DNA of 64,000 bases. Source: Cyanobacteriota bacterium. GTDB taxonomy: Bacteria > Cyanobacteriota > Cyanobacteriia > Cyanobacteriales > Nostocaceae. Below are positions 11,137 to 22,303 of the stretch, one piece after another. The notes beneath the pieces were generated by a model. The model saw only the letters and a list, made by a program, of their open reading frames with translations. It did not search any database and was not told the origin of the DNA. The position numbers and the translations under genes are program-made. The stretch spans positions 64,001 through 128,000 of the forward strand of contig JBJOKS010000003.1 in assembly GCA_046045965.1 (NCBI GenBank). Reading direction: 5' to 3'. Each line of letters begins with the position of its first letter. The first letter of the stretch is position 1.

Positions 11137-12102
11137 TTAAATAAAATTTACCTTGGGAAAAATTGACTTAGATAACATTCCATGTACTCCTTTTTGGGGA
11201 CTATTAACCACTTGAGTAATATGAAAATTCACTGCTAAACTACATAAAACATAAGCATCTTCTGGAGATAAATTTGTAAAGCGTTCTAGAAAATCAATCA
11301 TATTTTTTAAAGCCAATTCCAAAGCATCATCTAAAGTTTCTGCAAAACCCATTGTGATGAAATCTGTAGGTGTTTCTGCTATGGGTGTTGTCAGTTGTAA
11401 ATCTTTACGCAGTATGAGTTTAATTCTACCATTCATAGATGTTTCAATAGCAGTTACATTCACTTCCCCATCACCTTGTGCAGAATGTCCATCACCAAGA
11501 GAAAATAATGCACCGGGAAGATATATAGGTAAAAATAACCTTGAACCTGCTTGTAATTGACGATTATCAATATTCCCTCCATAAGCACCTGGGGGGATAG
11601 AATTACGGTTATTTTCTGGTGTAGCGACTCCTAAAATGCCAAAAAAAGGTGTGAGGGGAATTTTGATATTTGAACCCGGTGGAAATTCGGCAAAATTATT
11701 TTTTAAATCGAGGGGAATAAATCTTAACGCAGGTTGAAAAAACTGCTGTGGTAATGCTCCCCAACCTTCACGAATAGCGTTAAAACCAACAGGTAAACGG
11801 GGTGAAATTGCCTCTAATTGTACTTCTAAAACATCTCCTGGTTCTGCATTGTTGATGTAAATTGGTCCGGTGAGTAAATGGGGTCCTGGTGCTATTTTTT
11901 GTTCTGGTGGTAAATTTTCACAGATATCAATAAATTCTGGTGTGAGAAATTCTGAAGGTGCTTTGTCGTAAACGTAATAACCTGTGTATGTTTCTATGTC
12001 TATTGTGTCATGGGAATTTACAAACAGTGCTGGTTTTAATAAGTGAGAAAAGCCACCTAAATGTACAGTTTCTTTGGTAGCTTTTAAAATGTGGTGAGTC
12101 AT
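11137..12102 (-). CDS. Acetamidase/formamidase family protein
   Basis: HLLTGPIYINNAEPGDVLEV, GGNIDN, GDGHSAQGDGEV..TAIE motifs. Confidence 0.92.
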   Translation of the reverse strand: MTHHILKATKETVHLGGFSHLLKPALFVNSHDTIDIETYTGYYVYDKAPSEFLTPEFIDICENLPPEQKIAPGPHLLTGPIYINNAEPGDVLEVQLEAISPRLPVGFNAIREGWGALPQQFFQPALRFIPLDLKNNFAEFPPGSNIKIPLTPFFGILGVATPENNRNSIPPGAYGGNIDNRQLQAGSRLFLPIYLPGALFSLGDGHSAQGDGEVNVTAIETSMNGRIKLILRKDLQLTTPIAETPTDFITMGFAETLDDALELALKNMIDFLERFTNLSPEDAYVLCSLAVNFHITQVVNSPQKGVHGMLSKSIFPKVNFI

Positions 12103-12176
12103 TTGATTTTGGATTTTAGATTTTGGATTTTCATATTCATATCCCGCTAAATATACCAGAAAGTAGGTAATTTAAA

Positions 12177-12773
12177 TTAGCATATTTGCGAAGTAATGAA
12201 TTGAATTACATCCGCTAATCCGGTTTTAGTTTTTAAGTTGGTAAAAATAAAAGGTTTATCACCTCGCATTTTTTTTGCGTCTCTTTCCATCACGTTTAAA
12301 TCTGCGCCAACATAGGGTGCAAGGTCGGTTTTATTAATAACTAATAAATCTGATTTTGTGATACCTGGACCACCTTTGCGGGGGATTTTATCACCAGCAG
12401 CAACGTCTATGACATATATAGTTAAATCTACTAATTCGGGACTAAAAGTAGCGGCTAAATTATCACCACCACTTTCTAAAAAGACTAAATCTAAATCTGT
12501 GAATTTTTCTTCTAGTTGTTCAATTGCTGCTAAATTCATGGAAGCATCTTCACGAATAGCGGTATGGGGACAACCTCCTGTTTCTACTCCCAAAATGCGA
12601 TCGCTCTCCAAAGCTTGAGAACGGACTAAAAATTGAGCATCTTCTTGAGTGTAAATATCATTGGTAACAACTGCTAATTTATATTTTTCTCGCAATGCTT
12701 TACACAAAGCATCTACTAAAGCCGTTTTTCCAGAACCTACAGGTCCTGCTACCCCAATTCGATAAGCATTCAT
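12177..12773 (-). CDS. ureG: Urease accessory GTPase UreG
   Basis: [36 protein letters not shown]. Confidence 0.98.
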   Translation of the reverse strand: MNAYRIGVAGPVGSGKTALVDALCKALREKYKLAVVTNDIYTQEDAQFLVRSQALESDRILGVETGGCPHTAIREDASMNLAAIEQLEEKFTDLDLVFLESGGDNLAATFSPELVDLTIYVIDVAAGDKIPRKGGPGITKSDLLVINKTDLAPYVGADLNVMERDAKKMRGDKPFIFTNLKTKTGLADVIQFITSQIC

Positions 12774-12775
12774 AA

Positions 12776-12855
12776 GTAATTGGTAATTGGTAATTGGTAA
12801 TTAGTGATTGGTAATTGGTAATTGGTAATTGGTAATTGGTGATTGGTAATTGGTA
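12776..12855. repeat. STRR array (TAATTGG)n
   Basis: About 11 tandem heptamers between ureF and ureG. Confidence 0.9.
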
Positions 12856-12906
12856 AAATTCTTACCTATCTTCTCTTACTATTCCCTATTCCCTGTTAAG
12901 AGTTCC

Positions 12907-13596
12907 CTAACTCCTAAACAACCTAGTATATTGGGTTTCATGCTGCATACTAGCTAGAGATAAACCCCAACTACAACAAGCTAGATTATCATCTTCTAAG
13001 GTGAGAATTTCTGACATTGTAATATTTAATAATGTTTGTAACTCCAACAATATTTCTTGTCCAGCGGTTTGGCCAAGGGGAATAATTTTGACTCCAGCAG
13101 TAATTAAATTATTTATCCAACTATGCAGATATGCTAATAATGCAGCATCAGTATTAATTTGCCAATGAGCGCAAGCAATACCAAAAGCGATCGCATAATT
13201 GCAAGGATAACCCACAGCAGTAGCTAATGGTACAATTTGCGGGGTAATTTTACTTAATAATTGTAAGAGCGATCGCCCCATTTGCCAACTAGCAGCGCGT
13301 AATTCTTCTGTATCTCTCACCGCAGATAACCACAAATTCCATCTTTTTAAATCTTCTAAATTACCAATTTTCGCAGTTTCTAAAGCTCTGATCATCACAG
13401 CCCCATCTAGGCGAATTGAGCCATAGTTTAACTCAGCTTTTAACCAATTTTTTAGGCTTTTACTATTATTAATAGTCCCCATTTCTACCAACATTTCCAA
13501 CCCTTCCGAATAGCTATAAGCTCCCACAGGTAAAGCCGGACTAGCCAATTGTAAAATAGATAAAAAATGACTATGAGTGAGAGTGAGTGTTTCCAT
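12907..13596 (-). CDS. ureF: Urease accessory protein UreF
   Basis: [27 protein letters not shown]-terminal [11 protein letters not shown]. Confidence 0.96.
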   Translation of the reverse strand: METLTLTHSHFLSILQLASPALPVGAYSYSEGLEMLVEMGTINNSKSLKNWLKAELNYGSIRLDGAVMIRALETAKIGNLEDLKRWNLWLSAVRDTEELRAASWQMGRSLLQLLSKITPQIVPLATAVGYPCNYAIAFGIACAHWQINTDAALLAYLHSWINNLITAGVKIIPLGQTAGQEILLELQTLLNITMSEILTLEDDNLACCSWGLSLASMQHETQYTRLFRS

Positions 13597-14020
13597 AAGC
13601 TCCTAATTCTGGCTGAAAAGGTACAACTTCTTCTTTAATTTCTAAACCCAACTTTTCCAACATTGTGCATAAAACTGCATCGGGAGACAAACGCAAATAA
13701 TTTGGCGTAATTTCCACAGGTACATGACGATTACCCAAATGATAAGCTGCTCTTGATAACAGTAAAGGTGTGTGTGCAACCACAGTCAAAACAGGTTCAG
13801 GTTTAGCAACAATTCTGATGAAATTGCTTTGACTTTCATCTGCCAGAATATCACCATTATGTAAAACCGTACCTCTTGGTAAACGCAAAAATACCACCTG
13901 ACCATCTGCTAATGTAAACCGATGACGACTACGGGTGCGTTCTTCAGCAGTGAGTGGAAGAGTTAAATTAACAACAGCATTAATATCAGGAGGTTTAATT
14001 TGCGTTAACGTCAGCATCAT
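13571..14020 (-). CDS. ureE: Urease accessory nickel chaperone UreE
   Basis: [32 protein letters not shown]; overlaps the ureF start. Confidence 0.95.
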   Translation of the reverse strand: MMLTLTQIKPPDINAVVNLTLPLTAEERTRSRHRFTLADGQVVFLRLPRGTVLHNGDILADESQSNFIRIVAKPEPVLTVVAHTPLLLSRAAYHLGNRHVPVEITPNYLRLSPDAVLCTMLEKLGLEIKEEVVPFQPELGAYGNTHSHS

Positions 14021-14151
14021 TGAGGAAATCATTGATAGATATCTTTGTGAATTTTAAGCCATGATGGTACAAAAAAAACACAAAAATCTTAAAAAAATAA
14101 ATCCCCAACTTCTCAAAGAAGTCAGGGACCTATATCCTGCACCTTTTATGT

Positions 14152-14493
14152 TTAATTCTCATCCCTACCATGAATTTGAGCCGGGGGACTCGTTGCTTCC
14201 ACCGCTGTAAATGGTTGCAGAATTCTATAAGAATGAATTGCACCTTTTGGTACAACCCAAGAACTACCTTTTTCTAGGATAATTGTTTGTCCGGCAATAT
14301 CCAATTCTGCTTGTCCATTAATTACATAACCAACAGTTTCATATTCCCGTTGAGTTGGTACTTTTTCCTCTCCAGGTTCTTCATTTTCCCACAGTCGCAT
14401 CGAAACAGTTTTACCAGATGCAAGATACTTTTGACCGAGTTGACCTTTGGGAGAATAGGCAGAATCAACTTTTTTAACACTGGTGTCACTCAT
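14152..14493 (-). CDS. Cupin domain protein
   Basis: GQLGQKYLASGK.VSMRLW; YETVGYVI.G; SWVVPKGAIHSY; ATG at 14493. Confidence 0.85.
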   Translation of the reverse strand: MSDTSVKKVDSAYSPKGQLGQKYLASGKTVSMRLWENEEPGEEKVPTQREYETVGYVINGQAELDIAGQTIILEKGSSWVVPKGAIHSYRILQPFTAVEATSPPAQIHGRDEN

Positions 14494-14691
14494 AAAACTT
14501 GAGGCTCCAATTATTATTAAATTTGAAGTTTGAAGTGTTTTGTGTTTCAATCAGATTTAATTTGCATGGTAAGGGTGGGCTTTGTTTACCACTCCACAAG
14601 AGTTATATTTTCTTCAGGTGCTTGAAAAACTTGCTAGTCTATATTTTTGATGCAAGCAAATATTCTGACTCCTGACTCCTGAATTCTTGGT

Positions 14692-15102
14692 TTATCTCTT
14701 GTCTCTCAATATCCTTTCCGGTGGTATATTCTCTTGATAATATCCTGGTTTACCTCTAGTAATTGGCTCTACAGTTTTTTCAACATTTGTGCGTACATCC
14801 TGTAAAAACTCTTTTGTAGATTCAGGAATAGGTTCATCAAGATTTAGTCTTTCTCTAACATTATCAGCAGTATCTTTAAGTCTCTTCTGAGCATTTTCAA
14901 CCTGCTGATCATTTCTGATCTCTGCTGCGTCTGGAGTACCTTTGTAATAAATGCCTTCTGGAGTTGTCACAGTATCAGCCTGTGCTATTAGCATCATATT
15001 ACCAGAGCTAAAAACTGGGAAGCCGAAAAAGCTAAATACTACAAAAGAGATTACCAGAAGACGTAAAATTACACGTTGTAGATTCTTCAAAAAATGGTTC
15101 AT
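14692..15102 (-). CDS. Hypothetical exported protein (stress-cluster)
   Basis: N-terminal hydrophobic/signal segment; ADNVRERLNLDEPIPESTKEF. Confidence 0.7.
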   Translation of the reverse strand: MNHFLKNLQRVILRLLVISFVVFSFFGFPVFSSGNMMLIAQADTVTTPEGIYYKGTPDAAEIRNDQQVENAQKRLKDTADNVRERLNLDEPIPESTKEFLQDVRTNVEKTVEPITRGKPGYYQENIPPERILRDKR

Positions 15103-15154
15103 AAGTATCCTTGTAAATATGGTTTTTGCTAACTGAATGCTAATTGCTAATTAC

Positions 15155-16249
15155 CTAAATCACAGCAGCACTAGAAGTCGGTTTAGGAGGCTTCACACCA
15201 GCAGAGATTCGCCCTCGATAGAGTTCTACTAATCGCTGTTCATATTTACCCAAATCATTGTGAATCTCCTTGAAAATTGCCGTTGCTACTGGGTCAGTAT
15301 AAGTTGCAGACAAATTGCTAATATCACCAATACCTGTTTGCACATCACCCAATGCACAACGGATTTGATAGATATCATCACTACCAGTCAAGGCAGATTT
15401 TACCTTGGCATATTGATTAGCAATATTTGCAGCTAAAGACGGTTTTTCATGCAAACGATCAAGATAATTTTCCAGCTTTTGAATATGGCGCTGTTTATTA
15501 ATTATCATTTCTTGAAACAGGTTTTTAACTTCCTGATCAGATTCTTTTTCTAAATACTTTTCTAAAGCTTCTAAGGAATAACGTTCACCACCTAAAGCAG
15601 TATTTAGACCTTTAACAATTTCATTCTTTGTGGAACCACCCCAAGCATCAGCTAATTTCCACCATTCAGCACTTGTGTCTTTTTCATTAGGTAAATTAGC
15701 ATCTTTACCACCATAACCTAACCGGTTTAAAAGTGCTGTTGTAAAAATTGCCAAATCTCCAGGTTCACGAGATGTAATCAAATTACCATCTACAACTACT
15801 GGTTCATCTAAATAATTTGCCCCCGCATTAGTTATGTCTTTACAAATAGCAGAAAATCCTGTTACTTGTTTACCTTTGAGTAAATCTCCTTCAATTAAAA
15901 CCTGTGGTCCGTGACATACTGCGGCTATTAATTTACCTTGTTTCATTGCTTCGCGCACAAAGCAAACTGTATTACAATTTCGCCGCATTTTATCAGGAGC
16001 CATACCACCAGGAATTACCACTGCTGCAAATTCATCAACTATAGCTTCTGTTGTTGTTCCATCAGCTTGAATGCTCAGTTTTCCCCGTTTTCCCTTATAT
16101 TTTTCATTCATCCGTGAACCCAGGACTACTACCTCCATTCCCGCTTGTTTTAGCCCGTTACAAGGAACTATAAATTCTAAATCTTCTACTGCTTGTTCAA
16201 TGAGAATTGCAACTTTTTTCTTACCCAAATGATGATTATTGTTGATCAT
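15155..16249 (-). CDS. DJ-1/PfpI family protein fused to C-terminal ferritin-like domain
   Basis: VEDLE, IPGG, AAVCHGP, VVVDGNLITSR; C-terminal helical bundle with E..H-type motifs. Confidence 0.88.
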   Translation of the reverse strand: MINNNHHLGKKKVAILIEQAVEDLEFIVPCNGLKQAGMEVVVLGSRMNEKYKGKRGKLSIQADGTTTEAIVDEFAAVVIPGGMAPDKMRRNCNTVCFVREAMKQGKLIAAVCHGPQVLIEGDLLKGKQVTGFSAICKDITNAGANYLDEPVVVDGNLITSREPGDLAIFTTALLNRLGYGGKDANLPNEKDTSAEWWKLADAWGGSTKNEIVKGLNTALGGERYSLEALEKYLEKESDQEVKNLFQEMIINKQRHIQKLENYLDRLHEKPSLAANIANQYAKVKSALTGSDDIYQIRCALGDVQTGIGDISNLSATYTDPVATAIFKEIHNDLGKYEQRLVELYRGRISAGVKPPKPTSSAAVI

Positions 16250-16310
16250 TGGTTTTCTTTCCCTGGTTATTTCTCAAATTAAACTTGTTAACTGATTGAG
16301 GAATTAAGCG

Positions 16311-16712
16311 TTATGCTGGCATTTCACTGGTTGATGAAGTAGCAAACAACTCCTCATAATCATGTGAAAAATAGGTGTGAAATTTCTTGAACTTCTCTGG
16401 AGTTACAGCATTTTGTAAAACAGCAAAAACAGCCCGCACGTGCATTGCAGTTGTAGTTGGTTCGACGTTTTCTTTTTGACTGGTACGCTCAATAAACTCT
16501 TGCAGATGAAAAGATTGACTAGCTTCTATCTCTCTACCTCGCAAACATTCACCTAATTCTGGTGGTATTTGTGCAGCTAATTCTTGTGCTTCATCTTTAG
16601 GAATAAGTTCTCTCACCGTTTCTAATGTTGCACGAGTAGCAACTTCCGCTTCTTCACGGGAATTTGATTGAGCTAGACTTTGTACATGGGTAATGAATTC
16701 TGTATATTCCAC
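16311..16712 (-). CDS. DUF2267 family protein
   Basis: EFITHVQ..AEVATRATLETVRE...ELAAQIP.EL; GTG start with GGAGG RBS. Confidence 0.8.
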   Translation of the reverse strand: MEYTEFITHVQSLAQSNSREEAEVATRATLETVRELIPKDEAQELAAQIPPELGECLRGREIEASQSFHLQEFIERTSQKENVEPTTTAMHVRAVFAVLQNAVTPEKFKKFHTYFSHDYEELFATSSTSEMPA

Positions 16713-17029
16713 TTTTTAACCTCCTCTCTGAAACCTGAAAACCTAAAATTCATAAATAATTATTTGGCTTAGGTTGAATTAGATAGTGATTCTTGAAGAA
16801 AAAATAATTGTTAGTTGCTGTTTTTCAAACCTAAAACATCTAGAAATAAAAACATCTAGAAAAATAATATTAATGAATTTCTACTTACCATATTAATCTT
16901 AATATTTAATAAATTGTTCCTCTTCGTTCTGAGGGGATAGATTTTTTATAACTTTAGTTATAAAACTTTAGTTAGATAAAGATATTTTGTGAAAAGGTTA
17001 TAATCAAAAGGCAGCAAGTGACTATTAGC

Positions 17030-17449
17030 ATGGCAAACAAACGAAATAATCACGAAAATAAATCTAATGATTTGCCACAGGAAATTACTGAATCCTATGG
17101 TACGGGTGTAAAAGACTTGCCTGGATATAATATTGGTGAACGTTCGCTGCGAGAAAATAGACAAGAGTATACAGAAAGCAGTCCTGAATTTCCTGTTGAA
17201 TTCACTATTACTGCTGATGAAGTTGATACTTATTGGCAAGATACTGTAGGAGATGAAGCTGTTGGTGGTACTGTTGCTACTCCTGACAAGAATGTAGTTG
17301 AGGAATTAGGAGCAGCAGTAGGTTTAGAAATGAATGACTATGCCTTTCTTCGCACTAACGATATTTTAGAACACCGTGATGATGAGCGTTGGGAACTAGA
17401 TCCGAAGTCTGCTGAAGATTATAAAGATCGGCGGGAAGATAATTCATAA
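17030..17449 (+). CDS. DUF6335-like acidic protein
   Basis: VGDEAVGGTVATPDKNVVEELGAAVG...RD..RWELDP. Confidence 0.7.
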   Translation: MANKRNNHENKSNDLPQEITESYGTGVKDLPGYNIGERSLRENRQEYTESSPEFPVEFTITADEVDTYWQDTVGDEAVGGTVATPDKNVVEELGAAVGLEMNDYAFLRTNDILEHRDDERWELDPKSAEDYKDRREDNS

Positions 17450-17609
17450 TTATGAATGTCACCGGGAATTTTAGATTTTAGATTTTAGATTTTAGATTAA
17501 ACAAATTCGTCAATCCAAAATCCAAAATACTCGCTGCGCTGCGTACGCTTCGCTAAGGTCAATTCAAAATTGAGTGACCATCACCTGATCTAAAAGTTGC
17601 AGATTGAGT

Positions 17610-18518
17610 TTAGTTCAACGACTGATTAGATGAAATATACTGCTTTTGACAATATTCCTTGGTTGGGGTTACAGATACAACTTCCACTTCCACCGGTTGT
17701 TCTGGTGTTGGGTTAATAATAAACTCACTCGCACCTTGATGGGGTTTTTGTGAATTTCCCCAATCATAGGTATACCCCAAACCAGACCAAGGATAGTATT
17801 CCTTTTTGGTGTTACTGAAAGAATTGGTGTATATTGTCTGGATTATAGGACTGCTATCAGGCACTGGTAAAGGTAAAAGATTACAAGTAGCATCGTCAAT
17901 TTCTGGATCAATACATGGTCTAATTAAATCTTCTCCTTTGACCCACATTTCAACAAAATGGGTTTTGCTGGAATACTTGTTTAAAATTAATCCCAAATAC
18001 TGTTGTAATCTTAGTGAAAGCTCAATATCATCAGGAATATTTGCGTCTGGGGCTTGATATTGTTGGCAAAATTCTTTTACTTGTGGTGCTGGTGTAAACC
18101 AAGTTTGATAAGCTAGTTGTTTTTTTGCACCTATGGGCCAGTCTACGCTTGGGTCTTTTACATATCTCCAAGTTGACATTAAATATTCAATTTTGCCATT
18201 ATTTTCTCTCCATTGAATTTTGGTGTCTTTGGGAGATAATGCCCACAGATTACTTACTACTTCATCTGCTAATGGCTGTTTTGCATCTTCAACACCATCT
18301 GCTAATGTTTTGGATAACAAGTTATAAGTTTCTGGTTGATATTGCAATAGATACTCATAAACATTTATTGGGACTTCTGCTTGGGCTAGTTGTGCTTTGA
18401 GTACAGGATATATATTGCTTTCAGCTAATACTCTGGGTTGCCATCCAAACACTAAAAAAGCACTACAAATAGTACAACATAGGAAACCTATTAAAAATCG
18501 CTGTTGCCAGTTCTTCAT
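17610..18518 (-). CDS. Conserved hypothetical secreted protein
   Basis: Signal-like N-terminus; RLQQYLGL, FVEMWV, LIRPCIDPEI, YPWSGLGYTYDWG, GASEF. Confidence 0.8.
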   Translation of the reverse strand: MKNWQQRFLIGFLCCTICSAFLVFGWQPRVLAESNIYPVLKAQLAQAEVPINVYEYLLQYQPETYNLLSKTLADGVEDAKQPLADEVVSNLWALSPKDTKIQWRENNGKIEYLMSTWRYVKDPSVDWPIGAKKQLAYQTWFTPAPQVKEFCQQYQAPDANIPDDIELSLRLQQYLGLILNKYSSKTHFVEMWVKGEDLIRPCIDPEIDDATCNLLPLPVPDSSPIIQTIYTNSFSNTKKEYYPWSGLGYTYDWGNSQKPHQGASEFIINPTPEQPVEVEVVSVTPTKEYCQKQYISSNQSLN

Positions 18519-18863
18519 GGTAACTAACCTGGTGGTATTGATAGTGAATTGTCAAATAATTCCATGTCAGATTTTATGGTTAATCATCCAGTCATATCCA
18601 ATGTGTTTATTTTTTGTAATTAAAGATTTGTGTATGAAAAATAAATTTTTATGTAGTTTTTTAAAAGAATTATGATTTTCTAACATTTTTTTATTCAGCC
18701 AGCTAAATCACCGTATAATTATCAGTTAGAAGTTCACGTCATTAGTAAAATCTATTACATATTAAGCAGCATCGGGCATGAGGAGAAAAAATAACTGCTC
18801 AGATGAACTAAAAAGAAAATTCTCCGTCAAGGGAAGTAACAGTATATGTTTAGAGGTAAAGTT

Positions 18864-19634
18864 ATGTCATCACCAACTCTGCGGTATTTATTTTTCAGTA
18901 GTCTAAGCCTATCTTTATTTATCGGTAACTCCGTAGCCTTTGCCCAAACGGGTGTTGTTGTTCCCACAGTACCATCAGGCTCAACAACAACAGTACCATC
19001 AGGTTCATCTACGAATATACCGACTTCTACCCCTGTTAATAGTAGCACTAGATTTAGCTGTCAATTTCACAACGATAGATACACTGTGATGTATCAACCC
19101 CAAAGCCAACCAGGTCAATTTTTTCCTTGGGCTGCACCTCAAGCGTTGGGTAGTGGTTGGACTCCTCAAAATCGTTGTGAAGCGATCGCTAATCGTTTAG
19201 AATTATACCGCCCCGACGGACTACAAGAACTGCAAATAGCCAGACAAAATAACGAAAATATTATCTGTGTAACTACTGAAGCTATCCCCACTTGTCGCAT
19301 TGTTCTCACAGTACCACGGGATAGAGATCCTTCCGCTGTCCGCAGTAGTATCTTCAGCAACTTGGCCACCGCAGACAACGGACAGCAAACCATAGCTGTT
19401 AACACCTATACTAATCGTGGTAGAGGAGGGGTAAACGAATTATACAATTTAGGTCGCACACTCCTGGGTAGTGGTAAAAATCAAGTCAGTTCAACCAGAA
19501 ATGGAATTAATTTGAAACCTTTCTTAGCTCCTGAAGATGGCGGTACAGCGACTAACTTGCGAAATGGAGTATCAATTGGTCGTCAGTCCCCACCACAAAA
19601 CCCCACTATCTTAAAGCCAGGGTTATTTAGATAG
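18864..19634 (+). CDS. COP23 domain-containing secreted protein
   Basis: Signal peptide; TRFSCQ...GWTPQNRCEAIANRL...ENIICV...CRIVLT. Confidence 0.8.
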   Translation: MSSPTLRYLFFSSLSLSLFIGNSVAFAQTGVVVPTVPSGSTTTVPSGSSTNIPTSTPVNSSTRFSCQFHNDRYTVMYQPQSQPGQFFPWAAPQALGSGWTPQNRCEAIANRLELYRPDGLQELQIARQNNENIICVTTEAIPTCRIVLTVPRDRDPSAVRSSIFSNLATADNGQQTIAVNTYTNRGRGGVNELYNLGRTLLGSGKNQVSSTRNGINLKPFLAPEDGGTATNLRNGVSIGRQSPPQNPTILKPGLFR

Positions 19635-19958
19635 TTAAAATTTAACCTCATAGGGGTATTCGCGGATAATTAATTTTTTAAAATCCAATTGTGGCTTCTT
19701 TGTAAGTATTTACAAGGAGGCCTTTGCCTGTGGTTAGTTTTGAGAATCTGGAGCATCACTTTTTCAGGAAAAATATCATGGAAATTCTCGACGATATAGA
19801 TTTTTCAGTTTACAGTGATTGCAGAAAAGTGGAGACAATGCACGATGTGTCAGGAGTATAAAGTCACATTATCAACTTAAAGTGATCTTGATCTAGACAG
19901 ATATTGCAGTCTTCAGTTTAAATAGATTGATTGTGGCAAATTTAGCTTGGAAATAATA

Positions 19959-22100
19959 ATGACAACAACATTTAGCACTCCCAATAACATTCCAGCCGGA
20001 ACTAACACCTTTTCTGTAGATGTAGGAGACTTTAACGGAGACGGCAACCTAGATATAGTGGCAGCAAATGCTGGTGATCTAAACCCTGCAAGTAAAACTG
20101 TCACAGTTCTATTTGGTGATGGAGCAGGTGGTTTTACTGCTTCTACCGTGCCTGTGGGATCAACTTTAAATCCAATTGACGTATTTGTAAGCGACTTGGA
20201 CGGGGACGGCGACGATGACATAGCAGTAGCCAACTTTGATCTGCTAGGTCCTTTTTTCAATCCTGGTGACTCAACTCCCGCCAGCGATATCTCAATTCTT
20301 CTGAACGATGGGAGTGGTTCTTTTAGCGCAGCCACAGATTCTCCCTTTGCTGTTCCTGATGGACTGAGTGCGGTCTCATTAGGAGACTTCAACCATGATG
20401 GCTTTTTAGATGCAGCAGCAGGCGCACTTGACAATGATGATGTCTCAGTCTACTTCGGCAATGGACTGGGTACTTTTGACCCCACTCCTTTGACATATAC
20501 AATTGGTCGGACTACCCGTGATCTTGCTATTGGTGATGTGAATGGTGATGGCTTCGATGACTTGGCAATAGTCAGGAATGATGCCAACTCCGTTTTCGTG
20601 CGCTTAGGGACTGGTACAGATTTATTGTCGGGTGCGCCACAGTTCTCTGCTGATGAAACTCCTTTTCCTGTAGGATTAGATCCCCGTGGAGTAAAAATAG
20701 CCGACATCAACGGTGACGGCAACGCAGACTTAGTAGTAGCAAACAGTGGTAGTAATAATGTTTCCGTGCTACTAGGAAATGGCGATGGTACATTTGGTGA
20801 TGCTACTAACTTTACTGCCGGACCAGGTTCTCGCGATGCAGCTGTAGCCGACTTCGATGGCAACGGACTTCTCGATATTGTCACAGCTAACGAAACCGGA
20901 AACAATATTTCTGTGCTGTCCCGTTCCGTTAACCTTATCGGCACTGCTGGTGATGACATACTCACTGGTGCTGCTGGTGATGACACCCTCACAGGTTCTG
21001 GTGGCAATGACACCTTATTTGGTGGTCTTGGCAACGACTTGCTCAAGGGTGATACAGGCGCTGACTCTCTGGTTGGTGGTGCTGGTGATGACCGTTACGA
21101 AGTTGATGATCCGGGTGACACAGTTACCGAAGATGTTAATGGTGGTATAGATTTGGTTACTTCCTCTTTGAGTTTTATTTTAGGAGAGAACCTAGAAAAT
21201 CTGACTTTAAGGGGAACCGGCATTATCAATGGTACAGGTAACGCTCTAAATAACAGCATCATCGGCAATAGTAACAGTAACACCCTGACAGGTAATGGTG
21301 GTAACGACGAGCTTAGAGGTGGTGCTGGTGACGACACCTTATTTGGTGGAGACGGCAACGACACACTAGTTGGTGGTCTGGGCACTGATTCTCTGGTTGG
21401 TGGTGCTGGTGATGACACTTATGTCATTGATGGTTTGATTGACACAATTGTCGAAGCTGCTGGTGGTGGTACTGATACGGTTAGATCCTCAGTAGATGTT
21501 ACATTAGGAAGCAATTTAGAAAACCTGATTTTGAGTGGAACCGCTCTCAATGGTGGCGGTAACAGCCTAAATAATAGGATCGTTGCTAATCCTGCGGGCA
21601 ATAATACCCTGCGTGGTTTTGGTGGTAACGACACCCTGGTTGGTGCTGCTGGTAACGATAGCCTTGATGGTGGTGCTGGTAACGATGTCCTAGTTGGTGG
21701 TGCTGTTGACGACAACCTATTTGGTGCTAGTGGTAATGACGTGTTAATCGGTGGTTTAGGTAATGACAACCTGAATGGTGGTCTCGGTAGCGATATTTTC
21801 CGATTTAATAACCTAACTGAAGGGGTTGATACAATTCAAAGCTTTTCAAGCACCGACGACACGATTGAAGTATCAGCCACTGGTTTTGGTGGTGGTTTAC
21901 TTGCAGGTGTTTTAGCTGATTCAGCTTTCGTTTTTGGTGCAGGTATCACGACAGCTAGTGATGCTGCCCATCGATTCATTTACAACACTACCAATGGTGC
22001 TTTGTTCTTTGATGCCGACGGGATTGCAGGTGGTAGTATCCAGATAGCAACTCTCACCGGATCACCTGCTCTCACTGCTGCTGACATTGTTGTTATCTAA
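19959..22100 (+). CDS. FG-GAP (integrin-like beta-propeller) plus RTX calcium-binding repeat protein, probable T1SS substrate/adhesin
   Basis: Multiple GDFNGDGNLD-type repeats then many GGxGxDxL nonapeptides; C-terminal RFIYN..GALFFDADG; no Sec signal. Confidence 0.9.
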   Translation: MTTTFSTPNNIPAGTNTFSVDVGDFNGDGNLDIVAANAGDLNPASKTVTVLFGDGAGGFTASTVPVGSTLNPIDVFVSDLDGDGDDDIAVANFDLLGPFFNPGDSTPASDISILLNDGSGSFSAATDSPFAVPDGLSAVSLGDFNHDGFLDAAAGALDNDDVSVYFGNGLGTFDPTPLTYTIGRTTRDLAIGDVNGDGFDDLAIVRNDANSVFVRLGTGTDLLSGAPQFSADETPFPVGLDPRGVKIADINGDGNADLVVANSGSNNVSVLLGNGDGTFGDATNFTAGPGSRDAAVADFDGNGLLDIVTANETGNNISVLSRSVNLIGTAGDDILTGAAGDDTLTGSGGNDTLFGGLGNDLLKGDTGADSLVGGAGDDRYEVDDPGDTVTEDVNGGIDLVTSSLSFILGENLENLTLRGTGIINGTGNALNNSIIGNSNSNTLTGNGGNDELRGGAGDDTLFGGDGNDTLVGGLGTDSLVGGAGDDTYVIDGLIDTIVEAAGGGTDTVRSSVDVTLGSNLENLILSGTALNGGGNSLNNRIVANPAGNNTLRGFGGNDTLVGAAGNDSLDGGAGNDVLVGGAVDDNLFGASGNDVLIGGLGNDNLNGGLGSDIFRFNNLTEGVDTIQSFSSTDDTIEVSATGFGGGLLAGVLADSAFVFGAGITTASDAAHRFIYNTTNGALFFDADGIAGGSIQIATLTGSPALTAADIVVI

Positions 22101-22175
22101 AGCACTGATCCAGCCTGTGAATATTTTTCTCAGACTGACATTTTGCCTGGTTAACAGATAACAATAAGTGGATAA

Positions 22176-22240
22176 AGGCGCAAGGGGATAAAGGAAAAAG
22201 TGTGTAACTTTCCTTTACCCTTTGTTTTTTCACCTTTGGC
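22176..22240 (+). terminator. Inverted repeat/terminator after the RTX gene
   Basis: AAAGGAAAAG...CTTTCCTTT stem with flanking U-rich runs. Confidence 0.45.
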
Positions 22241-22303
22241 AACCTATTTCTGTTATCTTTTAAACAACACTTTATAACAGTGGTAAATCTGCTGAGAAGT
22301 AAT

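Noticed and set aside
19913..21769. Several minus-strand Ser/Pro-rich ORFs
   Set aside because: Antisense shadows of the Gly/Asp-rich RTX gene
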